This document shows positions 53,947-64,000 of a stretch of 64,000 nt of DNA, in pieces (within the stretch, counting starts at the first letter, position 1; each line of letters begins with the position of its first letter). The position numbers were made by a program, and so were the translations under genes. The notes under the pieces were generated by a model that was not told the origin of the DNA, did no database searches, and saw only the letters and a list, made by a program, of their open reading frames with translations. Source of the DNA: an uncultured bacterium (GTDB lineage Bacteria; Chlamydiota; Chlamydiia; Chlamydiales; FEN-1388). The stretch is from NCBI GenBank assembly GCA_964514655.1, contig CAZEQY010000006.1, positions 33,609 through 97,608 on the forward strand. The letters run 5' to 3'.

Positions 53947-54893
53947 TGCTGCGCGTCTTTCTTAGCGGCCTTTTTGTGGGCGCGGCTGATATTGTTCCCG
54001 GCATTTCCGGAGGTACTGTTGCCTTTATCATAGGTATCTATGAAGAGCTTTTAGCAAGTATTGCAAGCATCAATGCTCAAGCGATCAAAAAGCTCTGCAC
54101 GCTGCAATTTCGTGCCTTTTTTACTGCCGTTCGGTGGCAGTTTTTGTGCCTCTTTATTTTGGGGGCAGCTTGCTCGTTCGTCACTCTTGCAAAGACCTTT
54201 CAGTATTTTCTCAATCACGAGATATATAGAACCTTTCTCTATTCAGCCTTTATGGGTCTTGTTGTAGGTTCTGTGATCTTTTGTGCAAAACAGCTTTCTA
54301 AATATACCCTAAAGGTATTTTTGTGTGTAACAATCGGTGCAGTTTTGGCTTATTTTTTGTCTGGCACTGACCTTATGCCAACTGCCGGCACAAACTCTGA
54401 GCAACTAGTAGACCTTTGGGTAATAGCCTGCGGTGCAATGGCCATATCAGCTATGCTTCTTCCTGGCATTTCTGGTAGCTATATTCTTAACATACTTGGC
54501 ATGTATGGTCCCATCCTTGGCGCCTTTGTTGCTTGGGTTGATGGCATCAAACAGGGGATCTTTGACTTTGCCTCTTTTCGCATTGTTTTGAGCATGGGTA
54601 TCGGTATAGCTCTTGGCGCTATCTTCTTTAGCCGCATTGTGCGATATCTGCTAGCCACTTACCGAGAAGCCACAATAGCTCTTTTAGTAGGCTTTATGGT
54701 GGGTGCCATGCGTTCAATCTGGCCCTTCTGGAGCGTGGAACAGACAGGTGATATGCGCCTACAGCTTGTAGAGCCTATCTTGCCAGAAGTTACTTCGCTT
54801 CATTTTGCCTATTCATGTGCCTTTTTTGCACTCGGCCTATCGCTTGTCTTTTTAGTCGAGCACCTCGCAACAAAAAAACAAGTCCAGAATTAG
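53946..54893 (+). CDS. DUF368 family membrane protein (family of PopT undecaprenyl-phosphate translocases)
   Basis: Duplicated motifs VPGISGGTVAFIIGIYEEL and LPGISGSYILNILGMY. The start overlaps the rodZ stop (ATAATG). Confidence 0.8.
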   Translation: MLRVFLSGLFVGAADIVPGISGGTVAFIIGIYEELLASIASINAQAIKKLCTLQFRAFFTAVRWQFLCLFILGAACSFVTLAKTFQYFLNHEIYRTFLYSAFMGLVVGSVIFCAKQLSKYTLKVFLCVTIGAVLAYFLSGTDLMPTAGTNSEQLVDLWVIACGAMAISAMLLPGISGSYILNILGMYGPILGAFVAWVDGIKQGIFDFASFRIVLSMGIGIALGAIFFSRIVRYLLATYREATIALLVGFMVGAMRSIWPFWSVEQTGDMRLQLVEPILPEVTSLHFAYSCAFFALGLSLVFLVEHLATKKQVQN

Positions 54894-54895
54894 TT

Positions 54896-55038
54896 TATAC
54901 ACCCATTCAAGTTCAAGCCCGGGCCTAGGATGTTGATTTAACGTGGTTTTATAAAAATGACTTAATGGTAAAATGTGTCCTTCGTGCCCGAGCCTTTCGC
55001 GCAGCAAAAAAACTAACTCTTGAACTTGAATGGGTATA
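54896..55038. mobile_element. MITE-like palindromic element, copy 2 (143 bp, intergenic, left arm internally shortened)
   Basis: Left end TATACACCCATTCAAGTTCAAG. Right end GCAAAAAAACTAACTCTTGAACTTGAATGGGTATA. Both match the termini of copy 1, and both copies contain CCCGGGC. It starts 3 nt after the DUF368 stop and ends 8 nt before the truA stop. Confidence 0.8.
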
Positions 55039-55045
55039 CAATCAC

Positions 55046-55834
55046 TTAGGCGCGGTCAATGACGCTGGTTGTGAGCGTGTAAAAGACTTTGTGTAGGGAT
55101 AGCCCGCGAGCAGGGGCGGTTATGCCGGCTTGGGGGCGCTTAGCTCCTTGAAAGAGATTTGCGACTTGGCCGCAGGTGAGTTTGCCAAGGCCTACATAGA
55201 CGAGTGTACCGACGATATTGCGGCACATTTTGTAAAGAAAGTTATTTGCCGTGACCTTTATTTCTAAGACATCTTTAGTGCCTGTAGAAATGTCAATGCT
55301 CGTAACGCGTCTTACGGTGTCGTTATAGTCTTTACCTTTACGGTGGTTGCGAAAGGCTATAAAGTCATGCTCGCCGGTGATGATGCCTGCTGCTCGCTGC
55401 ATAAGCTCTAGGTTTAGTGGTAAAGCGACATGCCAGTGTGTATGGCGGTAAAATGGCAAGAGGGTAGGGCCGGTATAAATTCTATAGACATACTGCTTTG
55501 CTGTAGCTGACATAGTGGCATGAAAGTCAGTCTCAGGTGCGCAAGTTGCCGATAAAACCCGAATGTCATCAGGCAGTAAGCAGTTTAGAGCGTACATCAG
55601 CCGCTCTAAATCAAGGTCATCTTTTGTAGTTATAAAGTTTACAACCTGGCCTTCAGCATGCACGCCGCGGTCTGTACGGCTTGCTGCTTGAACGTCTACC
55701 GGGTGCTGCAGGATCTTTTCTAAGGTGCTTTGTAGGACAAATTCAATGCTTGGCTGAAGATGATCACGATCTGTCTTTTGCCAGCCAAGATAGCATGTAC
55801 CCTCATACGCAATAAGCAGCACTACATTTAGCAT
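55046..55834 (-). CDS. truA: tRNA pseudouridine(38-40) synthase
   Basis: Catalytic Asp motif AASRTDRGVHAEGQVVNF. N-terminal YEGTCYLGWQ. Confidence 0.9.
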   Translation of the reverse strand: MLNVVLLIAYEGTCYLGWQKTDRDHLQPSIEFVLQSTLEKILQHPVDVQAASRTDRGVHAEGQVVNFITTKDDLDLERLMYALNCLLPDDIRVLSATCAPETDFHATMSATAKQYVYRIYTGPTLLPFYRHTHWHVALPLNLELMQRAAGIITGEHDFIAFRNHRKGKDYNDTVRRVTSIDISTGTKDVLEIKVTANNFLYKMCRNIVGTLVYVGLGKLTCGQVANLFQGAKRPQAGITAPARGLSLHKVFYTLTTSVIDRA

Positions 55835-55837
55835 GTA

Positions 55838-56425
55838 TTAGCCGTGCTTAAAGAGTAAAAGTATACCCTCGCTTAGTCGCTGTACAGAGATAAGCACTAG
55901 CACCATACCCATAAGCTTCTCGCACGCTGTAATGCCGCTAGAGCCTAAAAGGCCAAGAATTCTACGCGAGTTAATCAAGATGATGCTTGATGCAAGCCAT
56001 GCAAGCAAGATTGCTACAAGCATTGGCCACATTCTTGTTTCTGTGTCAGCATAGAGCATAATTGTTGCTAAAAGTGCAGGCCCTGCAATCATCGGCACGG
56101 CAAGAGGCACAACAAATGGCTCACCGGTTAGGCCGTTAGTATCTTCTCGCTCAGTATTTCCAAAGATAATCTTAATTGCGATGATAAAGAGAATAAGCCC
56201 AGATGCAAGGTATACTGTTGTGTCAGAAATAGCAAGCAGGTTAAAGATAAATTCGCCCAAGAGGTTAAACGCTAGCATAAAGCCAAGAGCAATAAACATC
56301 TCGCGCCATATGATGAATTTTTGGCGCTTAGGTTCTATGTGTTTGAGGCATTCTATAAAGCCCTTAATATGGCCAACAGGGTCCATGATCAGAAATAAAA
56401 TGAGGGTAAGTGTGACTAAGGTCAT
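55838..56425 (-). CDS. MarC family (UPF0056) integral membrane protein
   Basis: About 6 TM segments. Family-typical DPVGHIKGF and VPLAVPMIAGPALLATIM. Confidence 0.8.
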   Translation of the reverse strand: MTLVTLTLILFLIMDPVGHIKGFIECLKHIEPKRQKFIIWREMFIALGFMLAFNLLGEFIFNLLAISDTTVYLASGLILFIIAIKIIFGNTEREDTNGLTGEPFVVPLAVPMIAGPALLATIMLYADTETRMWPMLVAILLAWLASSIILINSRRILGLLGSSGITACEKLMGMVLVLISVQRLSEGILLLFKHG

Positions 56426-57012
56426 GAAAACTCCTTCAAAAACATCGTAAAGCCTTTAACAAAAATTTCGGTAGAAATAAGAGCCAAGATCATACCCATA
56501 AGCTGTTCAAGAGCGATTAAGCCTCGTTTTCCAAGCAGCTTTTGTAGGTAGGCTGAGCTTACTACAACTGCCGTTACGCCAACATAGGCAATAAGGCAGG
56601 CAAAGAACATCTTGGGCATATTTTGTTCTTTCGCAGAAAAGTACATGATTGTTGAAAGCACGCCGCCCCCAGAGATAAGCGGAATAGCTATTGGCACAAT
56701 AAAGGGCTCTTGGGGAATGCGATCAGATCCATTTGTAGGAGTCTTTGGAAAGATCATGCTGAGTGCAATAAGAAGCAGTACTGTACCGCCCGCTAAGCTT
56801 ATTGCATAGGGCTTAATTTGAATGATGTCAAAAAATGCTTTGCCTACAAAAAGGTAGAAGAGAGCAAGCATAAACGAAAAAATAGATTCTCTAAATAAAA
56901 TAACTTTTTGTCTTTCAAAAGTAAAGTTTTTTACTAGCGACACAAATACCGGGGCATTTCCTATTGGGTTTGCCACCAAAAAGAGCGCAAGTGCAATCTG
57001 CCAAGTAGACAC
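56422..57012 (-). CDS. MarC family (UPF0056) integral membrane protein, tandem paralog
   Basis: ANPIGNAPVF and VPIAIPLISGGGVLSTIM. 4-nt overlap with the downstream paralog. Confidence 0.8.
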   Translation of the reverse strand: MSTWQIALALFLVANPIGNAPVFVSLVKNFTFERQKVILFRESIFSFMLALFYLFVGKAFFDIIQIKPYAISLAGGTVLLLIALSMIFPKTPTNGSDRIPQEPFIVPIAIPLISGGGVLSTIMYFSAKEQNMPKMFFACLIAYVGVTAVVVSSAYLQKLLGKRGLIALEQLMGMILALISTEIFVKGFTMFLKEFS

Positions 57013-57021
57013 TCTGGTTTC

Positions 57022-57432
57022 CTATGTTGATTTGTTACTTCGTACCAGCATTATTTCGTGCGTAAAGCCGTGCAGTATCCCTAATCCTAAGGCTAGCATG
57101 CCGCATAACACGGGAAGCTGCCTCATAAACACTGCCGAAACAAGTCCGATCACAAATTGTATTCCATATACCCTATTGGTTAGATCAATAGCAGCATACT
57201 GACATTTTTTACAAAAAGTATAATCCTTAAACACAATTCTGACAATAGATGTGCCAACAAAAGCAAGTGAGGCTAAATAAATAACTTTGCATGGCGAGTA
57301 TCGCCATACATCAAATGCAATCTTGCTTAGTGTTGCCACAATAGCACCGCTTAAAACCGCACGTGAGAGCGTTGTGTGCTTTATTGTGTCAGTGGCAGCT
57401 GGCGCCCATGTTTTTCCTTGTGCGCTAATCAT
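57022..57432 (-). CDS. Hypothetical membrane protein
   Basis: 136 aa with 4 predicted TM segments. Its start overlaps the dapL stop by 4 nt. Confidence 0.55.
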   Translation of the reverse strand: MISAQGKTWAPAATDTIKHTTLSRAVLSGAIVATLSKIAFDVWRYSPCKVIYLASLAFVGTSIVRIVFKDYTFCKKCQYAAIDLTNRVYGIQFVIGLVSAVFMRQLPVLCGMLALGLGILHGFTHEIMLVRSNKST

Positions 57433-58616
57433 CGGGTTGCTACGTGCAGTGTGTGCTTTAATCGCTCTATACCTTCTGCTACTGTTTCTTTTGATGCAAA
57501 GCCGCTAACTCGTAAAAAGCCATCGCCACTTGGGCCAAAGCCGGCTCCTGGCGTTGTGATGATATGCGCGCGCTCTAAGATATAGTCAAATGCATCCCAT
57601 GAAGATAGGCCTGGCATCGATGTCCAGATATAGGGCGAGTGCTCGCCTCCATAGGTGTCAAAGCCAAGCTCTTTAAAGGTTTTGGCAAGCTGGCGAGTGT
57701 TATTGAGATAAAACTGTACCTGGGCTTGCACTTCTTTCATACCTTCTTCGCTCAATGCTGCAATGCCGCCTTTTTGAGAAAGTATGGATGCACCATTAAA
57801 GAATGTAGCGTTTATTCGTTGCCAGTCTTGTTTTACAGAGCCTCCGTCGCGGTAGCGAAGTTCTTTTGGCACTACTGTCCAGCCAAGTCTCACGCCGCTA
57901 AAGCCTGCTATCTTCGAAAAGCTACCAAGTTCTATGGCTACCTCTTTTGCGCCATCTATTTCGTAGATGCTTTTGGGGACATCGCCCTGTACGTAAAAGC
58001 TATAGGCGGTATCAAAGACGATAAACATCTTATGTGCTTTTGCATAGGCTACTATTTCTTCAAGCTGTTCTTTAGTGAAAATGGTGCCTGTAGGGTTGTT
58101 TGGAACGCATAAAAAGAGTACATCGCACCCTTTTGCCTTGTCTAGATCAGGAAAAAAGCCATTTTCTTTTGTACACGGCAAAAAGGCAATCTCACCACCG
58201 CGATAGATGAGCGAGCTATCAAGATACACAGGGTATGCAGGATCTTGTAGGGCTATTTTTGCATCTGGCCCAAATAAAAACTGGAGCCTGCCTATGTCAC
58301 ATTTTGCGCCATCTGATACAAAGATATCGTCCGGATCAATGTTGCTGTTATAGACAGTATGGCTTATAGCTTCGCGAAGCTCTGGTATTCCTTGTTCTGG
58401 CCCATAGCCTGTATAACCGTCAACAGTGCCTAGGTTTTGGGCAGCTTTTTCAAGTTGGCTTGTGATGTAGGGGCCAATTGGCTCGGTAGTATCGCCAATG
58501 CCAAGGCGTATTAGTTTGACATCAGGGTGCTTTTGCATAAAGGCATTTGCCCGCACGCGTATTTCTTGAAAGAGGTAGCGAGAGGCTACTTTATCAAAGT
58601 GGTGGTTGCGAATCAT
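57429..58616 (-). CDS. dapL: LL-diaminopimelate aminotransferase
   Basis: N-terminus NHHFDKVASRYLFQEIRVRANAFMQKHPDVKLIRLGIGDTTEPI is the DapL signature region. PLP-Lys region SFSKIAGFSGVRLGW. Confidence 0.85.
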   Translation of the reverse strand: MIRNHHFDKVASRYLFQEIRVRANAFMQKHPDVKLIRLGIGDTTEPIGPYITSQLEKAAQNLGTVDGYTGYGPEQGIPELREAISHTVYNSNIDPDDIFVSDGAKCDIGRLQFLFGPDAKIALQDPAYPVYLDSSLIYRGGEIAFLPCTKENGFFPDLDKAKGCDVLFLCVPNNPTGTIFTKEQLEEIVAYAKAHKMFIVFDTAYSFYVQGDVPKSIYEIDGAKEVAIELGSFSKIAGFSGVRLGWTVVPKELRYRDGGSVKQDWQRINATFFNGASILSQKGGIAALSEEGMKEVQAQVQFYLNNTRQLAKTFKELGFDTYGGEHSPYIWTSMPGLSSWDAFDYILERAHIITTPGAGFGPSGDGFLRVSGFASKETVAEGIERLKHTLHVATR

Positions 58617-59551
58617 GAAAAGACCTCTTGGGTGTTTTTGTAGTAGAGTTCTTCATCAAGAGTATAGCGGCACGCCTCAAAATAGTGCTCGAGAATTTCC
58701 ACACTTTTTGGCGATGGGGGAGTAAGCGGCAGGCGCATGTGGCCTGTATCAAGATTTGCAAGCTGCATTAAAAATTTAATTGGAATTGGGTTTGTCTCGA
58801 CAGATACTGCCTGCATGAGGGGCTTTATAGCATAGTTCATGGCGCGGGCTAAGGCAAAATTGCCAGCCTGAATTGCCTGCACAAAGTTGCACATTGCCTT
58901 AGGGATGATATTGGAGATCACTGACATTATGCCGTGCGCACCAACTGCCATCATGGGCAGTGTCATGGGATCATCACCTGAGATAATGCTAAAGCTAGAA
59001 TGCTTGTGGCAGATCTTTTCGATAATATCCATAATCTGCTGAAAGTTGCCACTACACTCTTTTACGCCTATAATGTGAGGAAGCTCTGCAATGCGCTGTA
59101 GGGTAGAAACTTCTAGATTTACACTTGTACGCCCGGGAATGTTGTATACGCAAATAGGAAGCGATATTGCCTTACAGATAGCTTCAAAGTGCAAAAAAAG
59201 GCCTTCCTGAGTTGGCTTATTCATGTAGGGGAGGATTATCTGTATGGCATCTGCACCAAGATCCTGGGCACGCTTTGCCATCTCTATTGTTTTTTTAGTA
59301 GATGGTGATCCACAGCCTACCATAATGGGGGTTTTGCCTTTTAGCTCTCGTACTGCTGTTTTGATGAGCAGATCTCGCTCATTGTCATCTACTGCAGCAG
59401 GCTCGCCCGTTGTGCCAAGCAGGACAACGCCGTTTACGCCACTTTTTTCTTGAAGGTGCAGCAGTTTTACGAAGGTCTTTTCGCAGATATCGCCGCTTGT
59501 TGTAAAGGGTGTTATAAGGGCTGTAAGGACGCCTTGCATTTTAAATGTCAT
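58613..59551 (-). CDS. dapA: 4-hydroxy-tetrahydrodipicolinate synthase
   Basis: GVLTALITPF, GVVLLGTTGE, and the active-site Lys region GVKECSG. Confidence 0.9.
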   Translation of the reverse strand: MTFKMQGVLTALITPFTTSGDICEKTFVKLLHLQEKSGVNGVVLLGTTGEPAAVDDNERDLLIKTAVRELKGKTPIMVGCGSPSTKKTIEMAKRAQDLGADAIQIILPYMNKPTQEGLFLHFEAICKAISLPICVYNIPGRTSVNLEVSTLQRIAELPHIIGVKECSGNFQQIMDIIEKICHKHSSFSIISGDDPMTLPMMAVGAHGIMSVISNIIPKAMCNFVQAIQAGNFALARAMNYAIKPLMQAVSVETNPIPIKFLMQLANLDTGHMRLPLTPPSPKSVEILEHYFEACRYTLDEELYYKNTQEVFS

Positions 59552-60354
59552 TTTCCGTTGCTCTTTTTATGTGGTTTTTGCCCAAGTTTATCTTCGATCA
59601 TATCATCAAGTGTAAACCAGCCCTTTTTGTCTATTACCCAGTAGGCACTAAGTAGTGCGCCCTTTGCAAAGCCATCTCGCGTACGAGCGCGGTGGGTGAG
59701 GGTGACGGTGTCTTCTTGAGAGTCAAATACAATTTCGTGCGTTCCGGGATGAAAGCCTGAGCGGTGCGTAGAGAGGTGCACATGCTCTTTATCAAGGCCT
59801 TTAGTTTTTGGAAGCTCATGTACGAGCGTGCGTTCCGGATAGTGGCTCATAACCTTGCCTGCAAGGGCTTTTGCAGTTCCTGATGGGGCATCTTGCTTTT
59901 GACGATGGTGCGTTTCCATCATGCCTATATCGTACTCTTCAAAAGGGCAAAAAAGCTCTGCTGCATAGGTGACAAGGCGGCTAAAGAGAGCAATGCCCAA
60001 CGAAAAATTGGGCGACCATAAAAGAGTGCCCTTTTGTTCGCGGATTATCTCTTTTGCTTCATCTTCATATTTTTCCCAGCCTGTAGTGCCTACTATAATT
60101 GGCTTTTTGCTCGCCGCTAAAAGGCGAATACGCTCTAAAATGTCTTTGGATGAAGAAAAGTCAATAGCTACATCGCACCCATCTATTGCCTCTTGCGTAA
60201 GGCTTGTATAGCCGGTGCATGATCCCGGAATGTCTGTCTTCTCGTAGGTAAAGTGCGTGTGCATCACTCCAGAAATGGCAATGCCATACTGGGGAGCTAA
60301 GTGGGCGATAGAATGGCCCATCTTTCCATAACCAATAAGTAGTGCTCGCATCAT
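59548..60354 (-). CDS. dapB: 4-hydroxy-tetrahydrodipicolinate reductase
   Basis: N-terminal Rossmann MRALLIGYGKMGH, plus E(T)HHRQKQDAPSGTA and GTTGW. Confidence 0.85.
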   Translation of the reverse strand: MMRALLIGYGKMGHSIAHLAPQYGIAISGVMHTHFTYEKTDIPGSCTGYTSLTQEAIDGCDVAIDFSSSKDILERIRLLAASKKPIIVGTTGWEKYEDEAKEIIREQKGTLLWSPNFSLGIALFSRLVTYAAELFCPFEEYDIGMMETHHRQKQDAPSGTAKALAGKVMSHYPERTLVHELPKTKGLDKEHVHLSTHRSGFHPGTHEIVFDSQEDTVTLTHRARTRDGFAKGALLSAYWVIDKKGWFTLDDMIEDKLGQKPHKKSNGK

Positions 60355-60409
60355 AAAATGAATGACCTTTTCCTCTACACTACCAAATCAGTGGAGAATT
60401 ATGCAAAAG

Positions 60410-62065
60410 TTAACGCTCAACGCGAACGAACATAATATTTTGTCTACTACAGTCATCAAATGAAAATGGGAAAGAATCGCAAGGGAACTCTCCAATACTT
60501 GCAATTTTGCAATGATCAGTTGTAATCACAAATGAAGCTACAAAGTCATTGTCCTTTGATTTGAGGCCCACATGGTTTGAAAGGTAGTAGTCAAAATTAC
60601 AGTTTTGTTGGTCGACGCCATTATAGCCACGTATTGCCTGGCGCGTATCAAAAGATTTGGGAGTGAGTCGTACATCGCCCTTAAAATGCTTAAGATCTTT
60701 GTCAAAAAAGCTTATCCATACATCGGTGCTGAGCGTAGGATCGCCTGATTTAAAGTTGCGAAAGTCATAAAAGAGCACGCCCACAGTGCCATCTTTTGCA
60801 ACGGCTACTGTTGGTAAAAATGTCTGAACATTAAGAGTATTTGGGTTTATAGGTTTTGGCTTTGACCATGTCTTACCACCATCTTTTGAGTGTTTTATGA
60901 CGCAGCCTGCTTGACCTGTGGGGTTGAATTTAGGGTCAGAATAGACGATGTACACATAGCCATTAGCATGGTTTATAGCCACATCTTTTGTTGTAAAATC
61001 TGTAACGGGCAATATGGGGTCTATGTTGTCAGGATCATAGGCAAGTACATGTGGAATAGCGCTTGCTACTGTATAGCTTTTCCAGGTTGCGCCCTGATCT
61101 TTTGATCTAAATGCCAAAATGCGATCATATGGAGGTGAGCTAAGTCCATCTGGTGGATTTTCTTCGAGGATGGTTGTAAGAAGAAGGGTTTTTTTGCTGT
61201 CAGGCAGCACTTCAAGTTGGTTAAAGACTGGAATTGGGGTGCAAAATGTATCATTATCGGCACTAAAAGACGTGACTATCGCAGGATCTGACCACGAAGA
61301 TCCGGCATCAACGGACTTTTGAAAGATGATATTTTGTGTTCCTGTGTAGCTTGGGTCAAGGCACTTGTCGCTAACGAAGCAGGTGTCATCTGATGATACT
61401 GCATATATAGTATGCTTTCGATAGCAGTCTGCTTTGATGAATGGGTAGTCAAGGAAGTGGCAGGAACCATCATCACGAAAGATAGGAGTTACGTGGGTCC
61501 AGTTTATACCTCCATCGACGGATTTTACAACGAAGTTGCCCTCATCGGTATTTATTTCTGGCTTTTGGTCCGCTGCAAAGATGTTATAGCCATTAAAAAG
61601 CAAGTAGCACATACCTTCACCGTCAAAGCTAATAGTAGGGTAGTAGGCTGCAGAAAAGTTGTTGGGGGCCTTATAGTTTGTGCTGCCCTGACAGCGGCTT
61701 AAAATGGCATCTGACATGTTCCATGTAGCACCACCATCTAGAGTGTAGAGGATTATAATAGATAGTGGCAATGCTGCATTGTAGTTAGCATTCGACAGTG
61801 TATCTTGCTGTGCTACAATGATTATATTTTTAGGATTTTTTGGGTTTACGGCTATTTGTGGATCAAATGCCACATTGTGATAATGTGCAAACCCTGTCAA
61901 TGAAGATATATTATTAAGTTTAAGGCATGCAAGATCTGGAGAGAGCCTTGACATGCTTGTTACCTGAATTGCCTGCGCAATTTTTGCTTTATGAGTGGAT
62001 GAACTATCTGCATAAGAGAGTGAACAGGTGCATGCTAGAATTGCTAAATATTTACATAATTTCAT
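60410..62065 (-). CDS. Secreted BNR/Asp-box repeat beta-propeller protein (sialidase-like fold)
   Basis: Signal peptide MKLCKYLAILACTCSLSYA. Five Asp-boxes: TLDGGATWN, SVDGGINWT, SVDAGSSWS, SKDQGATWK and SKDGGKTWS. Confidence 0.8.
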   Translation of the reverse strand: MKLCKYLAILACTCSLSYADSSSTHKAKIAQAIQVTSMSRLSPDLACLKLNNISSLTGFAHYHNVAFDPQIAVNPKNPKNIIIVAQQDTLSNANYNAALPLSIIILYTLDGGATWNMSDAILSRCQGSTNYKAPNNFSAAYYPTISFDGEGMCYLLFNGYNIFAADQKPEINTDEGNFVVKSVDGGINWTHVTPIFRDDGSCHFLDYPFIKADCYRKHTIYAVSSDDTCFVSDKCLDPSYTGTQNIIFQKSVDAGSSWSDPAIVTSFSADNDTFCTPIPVFNQLEVLPDSKKTLLLTTILEENPPDGLSSPPYDRILAFRSKDQGATWKSYTVASAIPHVLAYDPDNIDPILPVTDFTTKDVAINHANGYVYIVYSDPKFNPTGQAGCVIKHSKDGGKTWSKPKPINPNTLNVQTFLPTVAVAKDGTVGVLFYDFRNFKSGDPTLSTDVWISFFDKDLKHFKGDVRLTPKSFDTRQAIRGYNGVDQQNCNFDYYLSNHVGLKSKDNDFVASFVITTDHCKIASIGEFPCDSFPFSFDDCSRQNIMFVRVER

Positions 62066-62077
62066 GGTTGTATCTCC

Positions 62078-64000
<1,923 letters not shown>

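Overview
The gene content suggests this 64-kb window comes from an amoeba-associated (environmental) member of the Chlamydiae. That placement is an inference from the co-occurrence of LL-diaminopimelate aminotransferase (dapL) with dapA/dapB, RNase HIII, a fused aroD-aroE, a short RodZ, and many eukaryote-like candidate effectors. No search was run, and GC looks mid-40s % by eye. The window alternates housekeeping operons with accessory blocks.

Housekeeping operons:
- lolD-lolC/E and rpmG
- hemB
- tgt-yhhQ
- can, fabD-mutT
- aroC-aroB-aroDE
- mvaA-mvaS
- recN-rnhC
- alaX, rodZ-DUF368, truA
- dapB-dapA-dapL

Accessory blocks:
1. A 6.3-kb co-directional block (1-6300) sits divergent from a TetR gene. 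It contains two divergent paralogs with a conserved His...Asn...Gln-x5-6-Cys pattern, a signal-peptide GNAT, a purple-acid-phosphatase-like enzyme, and a large unknown ORF.
2. A eukaryotic-like Ser/Thr kinase.
3. Two tandem giant ankyrin-repeat paralogs.
4. An island holding an OTU-type deubiquitinase-like protein and an EEP phosphatase/nuclease-like protein.
5. Two very different collagen-like (G-X-Y) proteins, one of them in an apparent operon with a BNR/Asp-box propeller.

The most directly demonstrable novelty is a family of long palindromic MITE-like elements. One copy has split an ORF, and removing 160 bp (the element plus one TA) in silico restores a single 204-codon frame. I found no rRNA, tRNA or CRISPR. 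All functional calls rest on motifs read by eye.
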